A stretch of 59,501 nucleotides of DNA. It comes from a virus (Duplodnaviria; Caudoviricetes). Position 1 is the stretch's first letter, and each line of letters opens with the position of its first letter. The stretch spans positions 1 through 59,501 of the IMG/VR virus record IMGVR_UViG_3300025767_000017; one strand, 5' to 3'. The position numbers and the translations under genes are program-made. Shown here piece after piece: positions 1 to 9,900 of this stretch. The notes under the pieces are model-generated. The model was given only the letters and a program-made list of their open reading frames with translations. It was not told the DNA's origin and did no database searches.

Positions 1-646
1 TGATGCGTAATTCATCTAAACTTTCTGATAAGCCGTTGTCCCACCATTTCCAAAATGCTTGAATGTATGGATTGTCTTCATCATTTTTATAAGGCTGTGT
101 CCAATCTCCGTTTTGACGGAATGCTCCAGCGCCGTCACTGACAAGGTTTTCGTATTCGCCGTTGTTGTTGATATCTTTAGCCCAGGTAGTTGAAAAACTT
201 GCATTACAATAACTACATGCTAAATTACACACTCTATCAAACGCAATTTCAAATGTTTTAAGATTAACGCTTTTATTCCAGTCTGCTCTATACGCTGCTT
301 CTAATTCTTCGTCAGTATATATGATACTCTTAAAGGTGCGATCACTAACTGCATCTTTTTTCATGTCTTCCATTTTCCAACAGTATTCACATTCGCTAGG
401 CCGCTCGCCAGTTTGCATCATTCGACGCATTTCTTTTTTATGTTTAGTGTTATGAATAGCAGTGTAATCTTCTTGTACTTCTACAATAGGAATCGTGTGC
501 GCAGGTGGGTGATGACAACTTGCTGTTGTTCCACTACCTAGCCAAGTTGTAGCATTATACCATTTTGCACCACAAAAACTTGCACTTTTAGTATCTATTA
601 CACGTTGTCTATATTGTACTAAATTTTCATCTTTTTTAGCTGGCAT
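1..646 (-). CDS. Radical SAM protein (N-terminal twitch/SPASM-like Cys cluster), 3' end runs off the window
   Basis: Not in the ORF track. Manual translation from ATG at 646: MPAKKDENLVQYRQRVIDTKSASFCGAKWYNATTWLGSGTTASCHHPPAH...CEYCWKME...FEIAFDRVCNLACSYC. It has a CxxxCxxC motif, is open to the window edge and is paralogous to 636..2012. Confidence 0.9.
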   Translation of the reverse strand, partial: MPAKKDENLVQYRQRVIDTKSASFCGAKWYNATTWLGSGTTASCHHPPAHTIPIVEVQEDYTAIHNTKHKKEMRRMMQTGERPSECEYCWKMEDMKKDAVSDRTFKSIIYTDEELEAAYRADWNKSVNLKTFEIAFDRVCNLACSYCNASFSTTWAKDINNNGEYENLVSDGAGAFRQNGDWTQPYKNDEDNPYIQAFWKWWDNGLSESLDELRI

Positions 647-2012
647 GCCAATCCTTTAATAATTGTGCGTATTCGGGAAATATTTTTACAAAGTCTTTAT
701 TTCTTCTTTTATCGTATGCATATATGTATCTTACAAAGTCAGGTCTGTGTTCCAGTGCTGGCGCTGTGTTACGCAAATAGTCGCATAATCTTTGAATTTG
801 GTCAAATTCTTCTAGATATAATCTTGCATGTTTTTCAGCAGTATAATATTTTAACCAGCTATTACAAACTTGTTCGACGTTATTTGCTATTACTGTTCTT
901 ATATCTTTATCTAACAACGTACATTGTAGATGCGGTGGCCAGTGCATAATATTAATGCTTAACGGAATTCTATTCCATGCAGAACTTGTATTATATACAG
1001 CTCGAAGCTCCATAATAGCATTAATAAAATCAATAAACGTAGAAAGACTTAAAATATTAACTGTTGTCATTATTGCAACTGTTGACTGTGTATTCTTTAA
1101 TATTTTATGTATGTTGATTAACCATTGTTTGTAATTTAGGCCATCTCTTGCATATTCAGCTTGAACGCCTGTACTTTCAAGGCTAGTGTATATGTCGACT
1201 TTTACACCGACTTCAGCCAGTTGATTAATTTTAAAGATTAGTCTTTCAATTAATGCATCTTCAACACATCCATTTGTATTAATTGCAATGTCCAGTCCCT
1301 TGCGTGGATTTTCAATTAAGTAGTCAAGCAACTTCCAGGTGTCTTTGCTCATTGTGGGCTCGCCACCAGTAATGCGCAATACTTTTAAATGAGGCAATGC
1401 ATTAGGAAACCATTTCCAAAATGCTTCTACGTAAGGGTTGTATTCCCTATTCGGTATCGGCATTTTTCCTGTTCGTTCTAAATAATCTAAATTATGAGCA
1501 CCGTGTTTAGTAGGATAAGGTCCATTTTGTTTTACATCTTCCATCCATTTGCTGCTAATCTCTGGTGAACAATATGCACATGCAAAGTTACATGCATTTG
1601 AAAAACTAACTTCTAAATAACTGGGATATACATTGTCCCGGGGATCACTTTTTGCAATGTCTTCAAATCTATCCCATGCCCACGAATCACTTGTTTTATA
1701 GTGTCTATCACTAAAATAGTCTTTACCTAAATCTTCAATTTTCCAGCAATATCCACATTCACTAGGACGTTCGCCCCTTAGCATTTTAGCACGTTGTTCT
1801 TTTTTAAACTTGCTGTTGTGCAGGGCCGCAGGATCTGCTTCAATTTCTTCTAAAGGAATCTTGTGAGGAGCAGGATGATGACAACTATGATTGTATCCGT
1901 TTTGTAGCATCAATGTAGTTTGCAGCCATTTAGCCGTACAGAAGCTACAACTTACATTGTCAATTTTATCACGTTTATTTTTTAGTAGTTGTATTTTCTG
2001 TTCGTTACTCAT
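636..2012 (-). CDS. Radical SAM protein with N-terminal twitch/SPASM-like domain
   Basis: CNFACAYC (CxxxCxxC), ITGGEP motif, INTNG, and N-terminal FCxAKW...SCHHP...CGYCW Cys cluster. Confidence 0.92.
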   Translation of the reverse strand: MSNEQKIQLLKNKRDKIDNVSCSFCTAKWLQTTLMLQNGYNHSCHHPAPHKIPLEEIEADPAALHNSKFKKEQRAKMLRGERPSECGYCWKIEDLGKDYFSDRHYKTSDSWAWDRFEDIAKSDPRDNVYPSYLEVSFSNACNFACAYCSPEISSKWMEDVKQNGPYPTKHGAHNLDYLERTGKMPIPNREYNPYVEAFWKWFPNALPHLKVLRITGGEPTMSKDTWKLLDYLIENPRKGLDIAINTNGCVEDALIERLIFKINQLAEVGVKVDIYTSLESTGVQAEYARDGLNYKQWLINIHKILKNTQSTVAIMTTVNILSLSTFIDFINAIMELRAVYNTSSAWNRIPLSINIMHWPPHLQCTLLDKDIRTVIANNVEQVCNSWLKYYTAEKHARLYLEEFDQIQRLCDYLRNTAPALEHRPDFVRYIYAYDKRRNKDFVKIFPEYAQLLKDWHAS

Positions 2013-2929
2013 TCCGGGTCTATTACCATTTGTTTAGCCAACGGCTGTCTTGTATATTGATATACTGTTTTAAAGAATTTACTTTGTTGTGCATTTAACG
2101 GATCTCGAGCAATAGGAATATCTAATTCGTTAATTAGCTTATTACCGTATTCTTTTATTTCGTGATTAACGTCTTCAATTGTACTAAATGAAGTTTTCCA
2201 TAATTCGTTTAGATATTCAAAGTCTCTTACTTGGATGTAATCCCAGTCTGTACACATTGTCATATACAATCCTGCACGAGCACCTAATATTGCCCATACT
2301 CCGTGTTCAACGTCAGCGCCGATCATTGTCCAGACATATAGCATATGCAAACATCTCCAATGATTATTTTTAAAGTTGTCTTTAGTTATTCTTGCTCCTT
2401 GGTCAGTAGCAAGTTTTACACCCTCTCTAAATCCTGCTCTCCAAGCCTGAGCAGCCGTTTCATTATTGTATACATCTGAGTAACAACTGTTCATTTGAAT
2501 GTATTCTGCATCCCAACAAAACTCAACTTGTGCATGAATATTGCTAGGATCTGCGGCTTCGTGTGTACGCATGTTCAACACATATTCTTTAGGCCAACAT
2601 TTTAGGCCGCCGTTGCCGTAGGTTAACCCATTTATTACATTTTTTCCACACCAACTAATTACAGTATTCTTTAAATCTGCATGTACGTCAAAGTCAATTT
2701 CTTGATTTAAAAATTCTTCACGTATACGGTTGTCTCCGTCGACTGTGATAAATCGATCTGTTTCGCTTAGTCTAGCACAGGCTTTGTGCGCAGCATCGCT
2801 ACCTTTAACTCCATGAACCCGTTTAGCCCAAGGTACTTTTTTACACAAGTCTGCGTAATTTTTTTCTGCGTTTGGTTCATCGTAACTAAGGTAGATGATG
2901 TCGTAGTCAATTGGTTTAAATTTATTCAT
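2009..2929 (-). CDS. Putative GT-A fold glycosyltransferase
   Basis: IIYLSYDEP start, AHKACA helix followed by FITVDGDN (DxD), late AWRAGFREGVKL motif. 4-bp overlap with the downstream gene. Confidence 0.65.
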   Translation of the reverse strand: MNKFKPIDYDIIYLSYDEPNAEKNYADLCKKVPWAKRVHGVKGSDAAHKACARLSETDRFITVDGDNRIREEFLNQEIDFDVHADLKNTVISWCGKNVINGLTYGNGGLKCWPKEYVLNMRTHEAADPSNIHAQVEFCWDAEYIQMNSCYSDVYNNETAAQAWRAGFREGVKLATDQGARITKDNFKNNHWRCLHMLYVWTMIGADVEHGVWAILGARAGLYMTMCTDWDYIQVRDFEYLNELWKTSFSTIEDVNHEIKEYGNKLINELDIPIARDPLNAQQSKFFKTVYQYTRQPLAKQMVIDPE

Positions 2930-3542
2930 TTATAATCTCGTAACTATACGTGTCAAAATATTTAAAGGTGTATATGCTTATATTTTCAATATCCTTAGGT
3001 ATACTAATTTGTTCTGTAACATCAAATTCTACCGATTCTATTAAGTCATATAGTTGAACTACAAAACTACTATGCAGTACATTAGGATCATTTTTGTCAG
3101 TGATGCTAAAATTAAATGTTAAATTATCGATTACATTTAACATCGATTTAGAATGATTACGAAATTTAGAATTTAATCCTAAAATCCACTTATTATTATA
3201 ACAGTTAACATATAAATCTGGATTAGGTATACTTTTAGGTATTTTATATAATTTGTCAGTTACAGATATAACTGACGGTAATGCATATTCTCTTAATTCT
3301 AGTTGCTTTGTTTTAAGATTAAAGTTTACAGTAAAGTCTATTATCCGTTTTTTACCTGATAAAATATCATCAACTCGTTCAGCATCAACTGCAAGACATT
3401 CGTAGCCTGGCGTCGAAATAGGCCGATTTGTTATTTTTTCAATAATTCCTGTACCTGGCGTAAAATAAACATACTTTGTAGTTGCACGTTCACGTTCTAT
3501 TGTTAAATTATCAAAGAATTTTTGTAGATTATTTTCTGTCAT
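2922..3542 (-). CDS. Hypothetical phage protein
   Basis: 206-aa ORF overlapping both neighbours; no motif recognised. Confidence 0.75.
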   Translation of the reverse strand: MTENNLQKFFDNLTIERERATTKYVYFTPGTGIIEKITNRPISTPGYECLAVDAERVDDILSGKKRIIDFTVNFNLKTKQLELREYALPSVISVTDKLYKIPKSIPNPDLYVNCYNNKWILGLNSKFRNHSKSMLNVIDNLTFNFSITDKNDPNVLHSSFVVQLYDLIESVEFDVTEQISIPKDIENISIYTFKYFDTYSYEIINE

Positions 3543-4383
3543 GTTCTAATTTTCCATAGTACGTACTTAACATATAAGGTTTTACAAAATCATTTTCTGT
3601 ATAATGCAATATTCCTGTTTGTTGGTGATTGCCTATTTTAAGTCCAGCATTATTATTAAAATATGTACCTACACAATCTTGCCATTTATCTTTATTAGTA
3701 TACCATTCTTGTATATTAGGCTTCATGTGAGTAAACGATGGAAATTTTACAACCTTATTTGATATTTTATCTTCACAATTTAAAATAACAGTTACAATAG
3801 CAGCACATACATCAACACTACACCAAGTAGGCCTATCATGTTCTATAAAAATCTCGTAAAATTTTTGCCAATTTTGCATTACTAATTCTAACCATGTATA
3901 AAATTCTAATGCAAAATCTGATTTTTCAAAATAATGAACTCCGCTATAAAGATTAGGCAAATTGTTATTTACAAATGCTTTTCTATAATAATCTCCCGTG
4001 ACTCTTTTGCCTCTATACGTGTAAACGTTAGTAGTAAAAAATAATTCATAGTTAGATAAAAAATCCCACCAAGTCGATATGTCTTGCAGGACTAACATAT
4101 CTGTATCCATTACTATAGTTTGCTCATATGGCGAGCAATGATATAACTTCCATCTGTTTTGTATTTTCCATTCTGTATCTTGAGCATCATCTTGCCACGG
4201 TATTTCAATTATATTATCAAATAAATTTTTATATTTTGCTGAAATACTGTCGTCAGTAACTATACTAATTTTACAATCTGGATTAGTGTGTTTTAAGCTC
4301 AGTGCTAACAAACATGCTTGTTGTACATAGCTTGTTTTTTCGTTATTTTGTGCTAGAACTAAGATGCCTTTAGATTTATTCAT
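3529..4383 (-). CDS. Nucleotide-diphospho-sugar transferase (GT8-like, GT-A fold)
   Basis: KGILVLA...Y..QA.LLALSLK, SPYEQTIVMDTDML (DxD), NLYSGVHYF; paralogue of 4376..5215. Confidence 0.8.
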   Translation of the reverse strand: MNKSKGILVLAQNNEKTSYVQQACLLALSLKHTNPDCKISIVTDDSISAKYKNLFDNIIEIPWQDDAQDTEWKIQNRWKLYHCSPYEQTIVMDTDMLVLQDISTWWDFLSNYELFFTTNVYTYRGKRVTGDYYRKAFVNNNLPNLYSGVHYFEKSDFALEFYTWLELVMQNWQKFYEIFIEHDRPTWCSVDVCAAIVTVILNCEDKISNKVVKFPSFTHMKPNIQEWYTNKDKWQDCVGTYFNNNAGLKIGNHQQTGILHYTENDFVKPYMLSTYYGKLEHDRK

Positions 4384-5215
4384 TATCTATTACTCGCTCT
4401 AAACTAAATTTATTCATTACATGAATACTTTGTCCTTCAGTTGACACTGCTGTATATTCACCTGCGTAATCTTTCTTTTCAACTAAAAATATAAATTTGT
4501 CGTCTGTTAATTTCCACAATATATCTTTGTCAATTGTATAAAGATGTTTTCCAGGCAGCGGCGAAACAAAGTCTCCGCTTGAAAATCCGTTCATTATGTG
4601 TATTGCAATACTAAATGCAAAATCATTTCTAAATAATGTCGAGTTTAATTGATATACAGATACATAATGATACCAATTTTCTTGTATATGTTTTATTAAA
4701 TCAAAAAATATCTTATTAGTCGGCGTCTTTCTAAAAAATACAACTGTTGCCCAATAAAAGTCAATACTATATTCGCTTAGATGAATAAACTCTCTCGGAT
4801 CTCTTATATTAGCAACATCGTGTGCCTTTGTAAACATTTGTAAATCGTTAGAAGATGCAAAACATGATTTAAATAAATCGTTTGAAATTATATAATCAGT
4901 ATCTAATAACAATGTCTCATCGTATGGACTAAGATCGTATGCATTTATTCTATAATTGTTTTTAAAATTGGCAGTTTTGTAAAACATTGTGCCGTCATAA
5001 AAATTTCTAGTATTTAAATCATTAGTATATTCAACCTTAATAATCTCATCAAATACAGTTTTGTCAAACGACTCTTTTATATAATCAACACTATCAGTAA
5101 TGATACTTGTCGGTATATTAAGATATTTTTTTATACGTTTAGCTAGAAAAACTGCTTGTTTAACATAATCAAGTTCGCCGTTGTTTCTTGCAATAAGTAA
5201 AGCACCTTTAGTCAC
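4376..5215 (-). CDS. Nucleotide-diphospho-sugar transferase (GT8-like, GT-A fold)
   Basis: KGALLIA...YVKQAVFLA, SPYDETLLLDTDY (DxD), RNDFAFSIA. Confidence 0.8.
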   Translation of the reverse strand: MTKGALLIARNNGELDYVKQAVFLAKRIKKYLNIPTSIITDSVDYIKESFDKTVFDEIIKVEYTNDLNTRNFYDGTMFYKTANFKNNYRINAYDLSPYDETLLLDTDYIISNDLFKSCFASSNDLQMFTKAHDVANIRDPREFIHLSEYSIDFYWATVVFFRKTPTNKIFFDLIKHIQENWYHYVSVYQLNSTLFRNDFAFSIAIHIMNGFSSGDFVSPLPGKHLYTIDKDILWKLTDDKFIFLVEKKDYAGEYTAVSTEGQSIHVMNKFSLERVIDNE

Positions 5216-5567
5216 TGTTTAACCCTACTAATTTTTCTACAGAACGTTGTTTTTTTAAATTATCATATTTTGTAAAATAACTATTAGATGCAGAAAAATA
5301 GGCATCGATTACATCTTCGTAAAACTTTGAAAGATCTTTTACATTTATCGGAATACAATTATCATCAGTTAGAACAACATTTTCTGTGTTGCCATTATTT
5401 ACAAGCAAGCCAACAAATGTAACTAATTCTTTGGTAATTGTAAATTGTCCACCGTCATAATAATACAATAAATTTTCTTCGTATTCTTCTTTTAGTAATC
5501 GTTTTTGATTGTTAAGTGTAACTACATAATTAGAAAATTCGATAGCTTTTTCTAAACGTTCGTCCAT
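5208..5567 (-). CDS. Hypothetical protein (first gene of the GT/radical SAM operon)
   Basis: 119 aa with a strong SD (AAGGAG, 5575-5580) and a sigma70-like promoter upstream. Confidence 0.8.
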   Translation of the reverse strand: MDERLEKAIEFSNYVVTLNNQKRLLKEEYEENLLYYYDGGQFTITKELVTFVGLLVNNGNTENVVLTDDNCIPINVKDLSKFYEDVIDAYFSASNSYFTKYDNLKKQRSVEKLVGLNSD

Positions 5568-5590
5568 ATAGAGTCTCCTTGTATTATAGT

Positions 5591-5619
5591 AGTATATAAC
5601 ACATTTATTTGTTAGTCAA
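5591..5619 (-). promoter_or_regulatory. Sigma70-type promoter
   Basis: Minus strand TTGACT (5619-5614), 17-nt spacer, TATACT (5596-5591), upstream of an AAGGAG SD. Confidence 0.75.
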
Positions 5620-5630
5620 GTGATATCTGG

Positions 5631-6365
5631 CTATAGTTTTCGTTGGTGATCTACAAACTTGTTGCCCTGTGTGTCTTCGCCTCGCCAATATCGTTTACCG
5701 ATTCCATGAGGTTTTTGTTTATCACTGCCGGCTCGTTCATCACCTGCGTTACGCATTTCAAGTTGTTCGTTATGTATTATAGAATGATCAAAGTAATTTT
5801 CAGCTAATTCTACATCAAACCCATCGACAAAATATCTAGGAATAGGTATAACAGCACTAAGATAATCTCCTTTTTTAACGTTAACTTCAACATTTGGTGT
5901 GGTTATTTTAAGATTAAATGTAAAGTCCCTACGCAGGTTATCAGTCTCTACTACTGCAAACATATTGGTTAAATTTGGAATAAAATAATTAGGCGGGTTT
6001 AATATCATTAAATTAATGTTAGGCGGAGTTCTAAATGTAAATCTGTTTTGAACAGTAATTAATCCAGATCCAAAATGACTATTAATTATTTGTTTAGACT
6101 CAGAATTCAGTTTAACTGTTGTTGCTGAAGGCGAACTATCGCCGTCCCATATTGCTGTAAAATCAGCAGTACTTTTAATTGCAAATCCGTATTGGTTGCC
6201 AATTGTTATAGGAAGACAATGTATTACGTGTTGACTAACCCAATCTCTAGTTTTATGACCTTTAAGAGATTCAACAATGTCCAAATAATCATCTTTATTA
6301 TGATCGCTTTCTGGAACTATTAATATTTTGTTCTCTGGTACAATATTAGGATATTTATTAATCAT
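5631..6365 (-). CDS. DUF6065-like protein (possible dUTPase-like beta fold)
   Basis: HCLPITIGNQYGF, SHFGSGLIT, FRTPPNINL...PPNY, VVETD...FTFNLK, resembling DUF6065 from memory. Confidence 0.6.
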   Translation of the reverse strand: MINKYPNIVPENKILIVPESDHNKDDYLDIVESLKGHKTRDWVSQHVIHCLPITIGNQYGFAIKSTADFTAIWDGDSSPSATTVKLNSESKQIINSHFGSGLITVQNRFTFRTPPNINLMILNPPNYFIPNLTNMFAVVETDNLRRDFTFNLKITTPNVEVNVKKGDYLSAVIPIPRYFVDGFDVELAENYFDHSIIHNEQLEMRNAGDERAGSDKQKPHGIGKRYWRGEDTQGNKFVDHQRKL

Positions 6366-6885
6366 TTTTTGTTAGAAATAACACTATAGTATACCGTTCT
6401 CCAGATGTTACTTCTGTGACCCCGTGCAAGTATTCAGCTGTTCCTTTAAACTGCACCAACGTTCCTGGCACAGTTTTTGGTGTTAAATTTTGATTAGGAA
6501 AAAATATTTGTCCGCCGGTGTAGTCTGTGTTAAGATATATGAGTACACTATAGTGTCTGTTTGGATACGGATGAGGTGATCCGTCTAAATTTTCACAGTC
6601 TGCGTGTGGCGGATCAAGCGTGTCTCCCTTGCGCCATCGTACCAATTGACAAGTTTCTACGCTAACTGACACTTTGTCTTTTTGTTCAATAAAAGATTTT
6701 ACTTTATTTGAAATATTTAATATTATGTTAGATATTTCTTGATCACTTATTAGTAACGAATGTATAAATTTTTCTGACCAGTCATCATCAGTAACCACCC
6801 AATCATCTGTAGTTGTTACATATTTAACAATGCTTGAAATTGTGTTAATATCTAAAAAGTTATTGTCTACATAAATGTCTGTCAT
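6358..6885 (-). CDS. 2OG-Fe(II) oxygenase, prolyl 4-hydroxylase-like
   Basis: HAD (HxD)...SVLIYLNTDYTGGQIFF...LHGVTEVTSGERYT (distal His and 2OG-binding Arg), typical of P4Hc/2OG-FeII_Oxy_3. Confidence 0.88.
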   Translation of the reverse strand: MTDIYVDNNFLDINTISSIVKYVTTTDDWVVTDDDWSEKFIHSLLISDQEISNIILNISNKVKSFIEQKDKVSVSVETCQLVRWRKGDTLDPPHADCENLDGSPHPYPNRHYSVLIYLNTDYTGGQIFFPNQNLTPKTVPGTLVQFKGTAEYLHGVTEVTSGERYTIVLFLTKND

Positions 6886-6919
6886 ACATTATATATGTTA
6901 ATATATGACAGACATTTAT
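6871..6919. repeat. Perfect 16-bp inverted repeat covering the oxygenase start codon
   Basis: ATAAATGTCTGTCATA (6871-6886) / TATGACAGACATTTAT (6904-6919) with a 17-nt loop. Confidence 0.9.
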
Positions 6920-6932
6920 TAGATGTGACGTG

Positions 6933-9900
6933 TTAACCGACGCTAAAACTTGTAACTGCGCACGGACTACACACTGCTGCACTATAAGAACCAGCAGGCA
7001 ACGGCGCACTTAAACTTGCATTACCACTAGCATCCATTGTAATGGTGCCGTTCATACTCGCTGTGCCTCCAAGTGCCCAACCGTAAGTAGCATTTGGTGC
7101 TCCGCTAAAGAACACAGTAACGTTTGATGTAAATCCATCAAATGGCCCAACGCTTGCACTTATCGACGGTCCAACAGGTGGTGGAGGGGGCGGCGGTGGA
7201 GGGGGCGGCGGTGGAGGCGGTGGCGGTGGAGGGGGCGGCGGTGGAGGGGGCGGCGGTGGAGGGGGCGGCGGTGGAGGGGGCGGCACACCTGCCACTGTTA
7301 CACTATCACTGCGAGTTGTTGTTCCGCCCGGTCCGGTTGCCGAAACTGTAAGACTATGTGTACCTGCAGGCAAGGTATTACTAAATGTTCCCGTTGCAGT
7401 AGATCCTAGATCAACTGTTGTTCCAGCGAGGTTGCCAGTAGCAGTAATACTAGTATAGGTCCCGCTAACACTCCACCCAGCATAAAATGTTGTTGCTGTT
7501 GTTCCACTGCTAGGAGTAAAGTATACACTAACATCTGGTGCAGCCGGAGGCGGTGGTGCATTTGATACCGAAACAGTATCCGTAGATACCACTTTTCCAT
7601 TTACACTTAATCCTGCGCCGTATGTTCCCGCAGTTAATGCTTCGTAGGCAAGTGAACCATTTGGTTTAGTATTAGCAGTTACAAGATTTGTGCCGCTTCT
7701 TGATATAGATGCTGTTACAGTAGATGCATTTTGAGTTGTATAATTAGCAACTATTGTTTCACCTACAAAATAACCACTTGGGGAATCAAAAGTAATCGAT
7801 CCATCGCCTGCGGGTGGCGGCGCAGCCGATACTGTAACACTTGCACTTCTTGTGCCGCCTGCTGTTACAATTGTAGCAGTCCATGTGCCAACTATACCTA
7901 GTGTACTTGTTACACTTCCGGTAAGATCCGTAGATGTAGTTGTTTCTCCATTTGAAGCATTTATTGTTACAGTAGCCGATGGTGCTCCGTTAGCATTCCA
8001 AGATAGTGTGTATGCTGTATTATTTTCTGTTCCAGTAGACGGAGTAAAACTAATAGACGGTGCTGGAACCGGTGCAGCTGATACTGTAACACTTGCACTT
8101 CTTGTGCCGCCGGCAGTAGTTATTCTAGCTGTCCAAGTACCAACTAGGCCAAGCGATGACGTTATAGTTCCGCTAGTATCTGTACCTGTAGTTGTTTGAC
8201 CATCTGGAGAAGTTAATACTACAATTGCTGACGGTGCACCGTTGGCATCCCACGTCATTGTATATCGTGTGCTATTAATTGTTCCAGTAGATGGTGTAAA
8301 GCTAATAGTCGGTACTGGAACTGTTGATACTACTGTTGTATCTTTGGTGCCGACTCCAACGCCGCTGGTATCTCCTCTATATAACACATCTACAAGTGCA
8401 GTATATGTTCCTGCAACAGTGGCAGTTACACTAAGGGTGTGTACTGCTTGATATATCGAGCTTGTTACAATGGTACCATTAGGATCTACAATGCGACTAT
8501 AACTACTATATGTTCCGCCGGCACTATCTGGGTTAACAGATGCTTGGATGGTGTCACCTACAGTATATGTAGATGCTAGAAACTGAACTGTCGGGTTAGG
8601 TGGTGTAACTCCAGTACTAGTATCTCCAATAGTTGTACTTGCAGATGCTACAATAGTACCACTTGTACTTCCTGTTCTTACTCGAACAGTAAAGGATTCT
8701 TGTCCTTCAGTTAGTTGATCAGCAACAGTACCTACGCTAAATGATCCGGAATTGTTATTAATTGTAAAACTTCCGCTTCTAGAAGTAAAATCTGCACTAT
8801 TTGTAAGCAAGTCTGTAATAGTCCAATATAGCGTAGTGCCATTTGCAACATTAGCAGTAGTAACTGTATAAGTTCCGCTGCTTCCTTCAGCAATAACATT
8901 AGGAGATGGATTAATTATAGAATACGACGGTGCTAGATAATTAGCACTAGCTGTTCTAGTATGTCCGGTGCCTGTAAATGTTACTGTTATACTTCCGCTG
9001 TAATACGACTGGACTGGATTTAACGAAAAGTTAGCGTTGCCGCTTGCATCAAGTGATCCGCTGCCACTATTTGGAGATGTATTTGTAGCTGTCCATGTAA
9101 ATCCTGTACCTGGCTGACCGTCTGTTATAAAACAACTTACTGAACTGCTTCCTGGTATAGGCTGAACTAATGTTACTACTTCATCGTATACAACACCCTG
9201 TATAACTGGAATAGAGAATGAACTACCAATGTCAGGAGCCGGAACTGATATATTATAAGACCTAGTTCTCGCAGTACTATATGCTCCAGTTACACTATAG
9301 TTGCCACTACTATTAAATGATAGTCCTACATAACTCGGTATTCCATCTAATCCAACAATGTCAAAGAACCCGTTTGGACGGCCGCCTGTAATTGTAACAG
9401 TTACGTCCTGTCCTACAACTGGGTTGGATGGCGTAAATGTTGCTGTCGGGCTATATATAGTGTTTACTACTACTGAATACGTTACAGTTCCTCCGCAGAA
9501 TCCTTCTGTAATAGAATATGTATATGTTCCTGGAGTACTTGGTGCTGTTGTATTTACTGTTGCGGCGCCGGTAGCACTAAAAGATAATATAGCAGTGCCA
9601 GCGCCAACACGAGAAAAACTATATGACCCGTTTGGCAATCCGCCTGTTATTGTAAATGTAAACGGTTCTCCGGGATTAACGCTAGTAGGGCCAGATACAG
9701 ACAACACCGGACATATTTTTACGCTTGTTGGCAGATTAATTGGAGATCCGGAATCAAAGGTAAAGGCGTAAGTAAATGTTCCTGGACTGCTATGATTGCT
9801 CTGACCACTATAATTTCCTGCGCTGTCTAGTAAAAAAGTTCCGCCGGGAAGATTATAATCCGGAACCGACGACACTGTAAAGGTTGCAGAACCATTAGGT

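Noticed and set aside
16-204. 62-aa minus-strand ORF in the track
   Set aside because: It is an alternative frame inside the real radical SAM gene starting at 646.
7142-7351. Plus-strand ORF with VEGAA repeats
   Set aside because: Antisense shadow of the poly-Pro repeat.
7176-8320. CRISPR array or DGR template/variable repeats
   Set aside because: Repeats are in-frame coding duplications without unique spacers; no reverse transcriptase or cas gene is present in the window.
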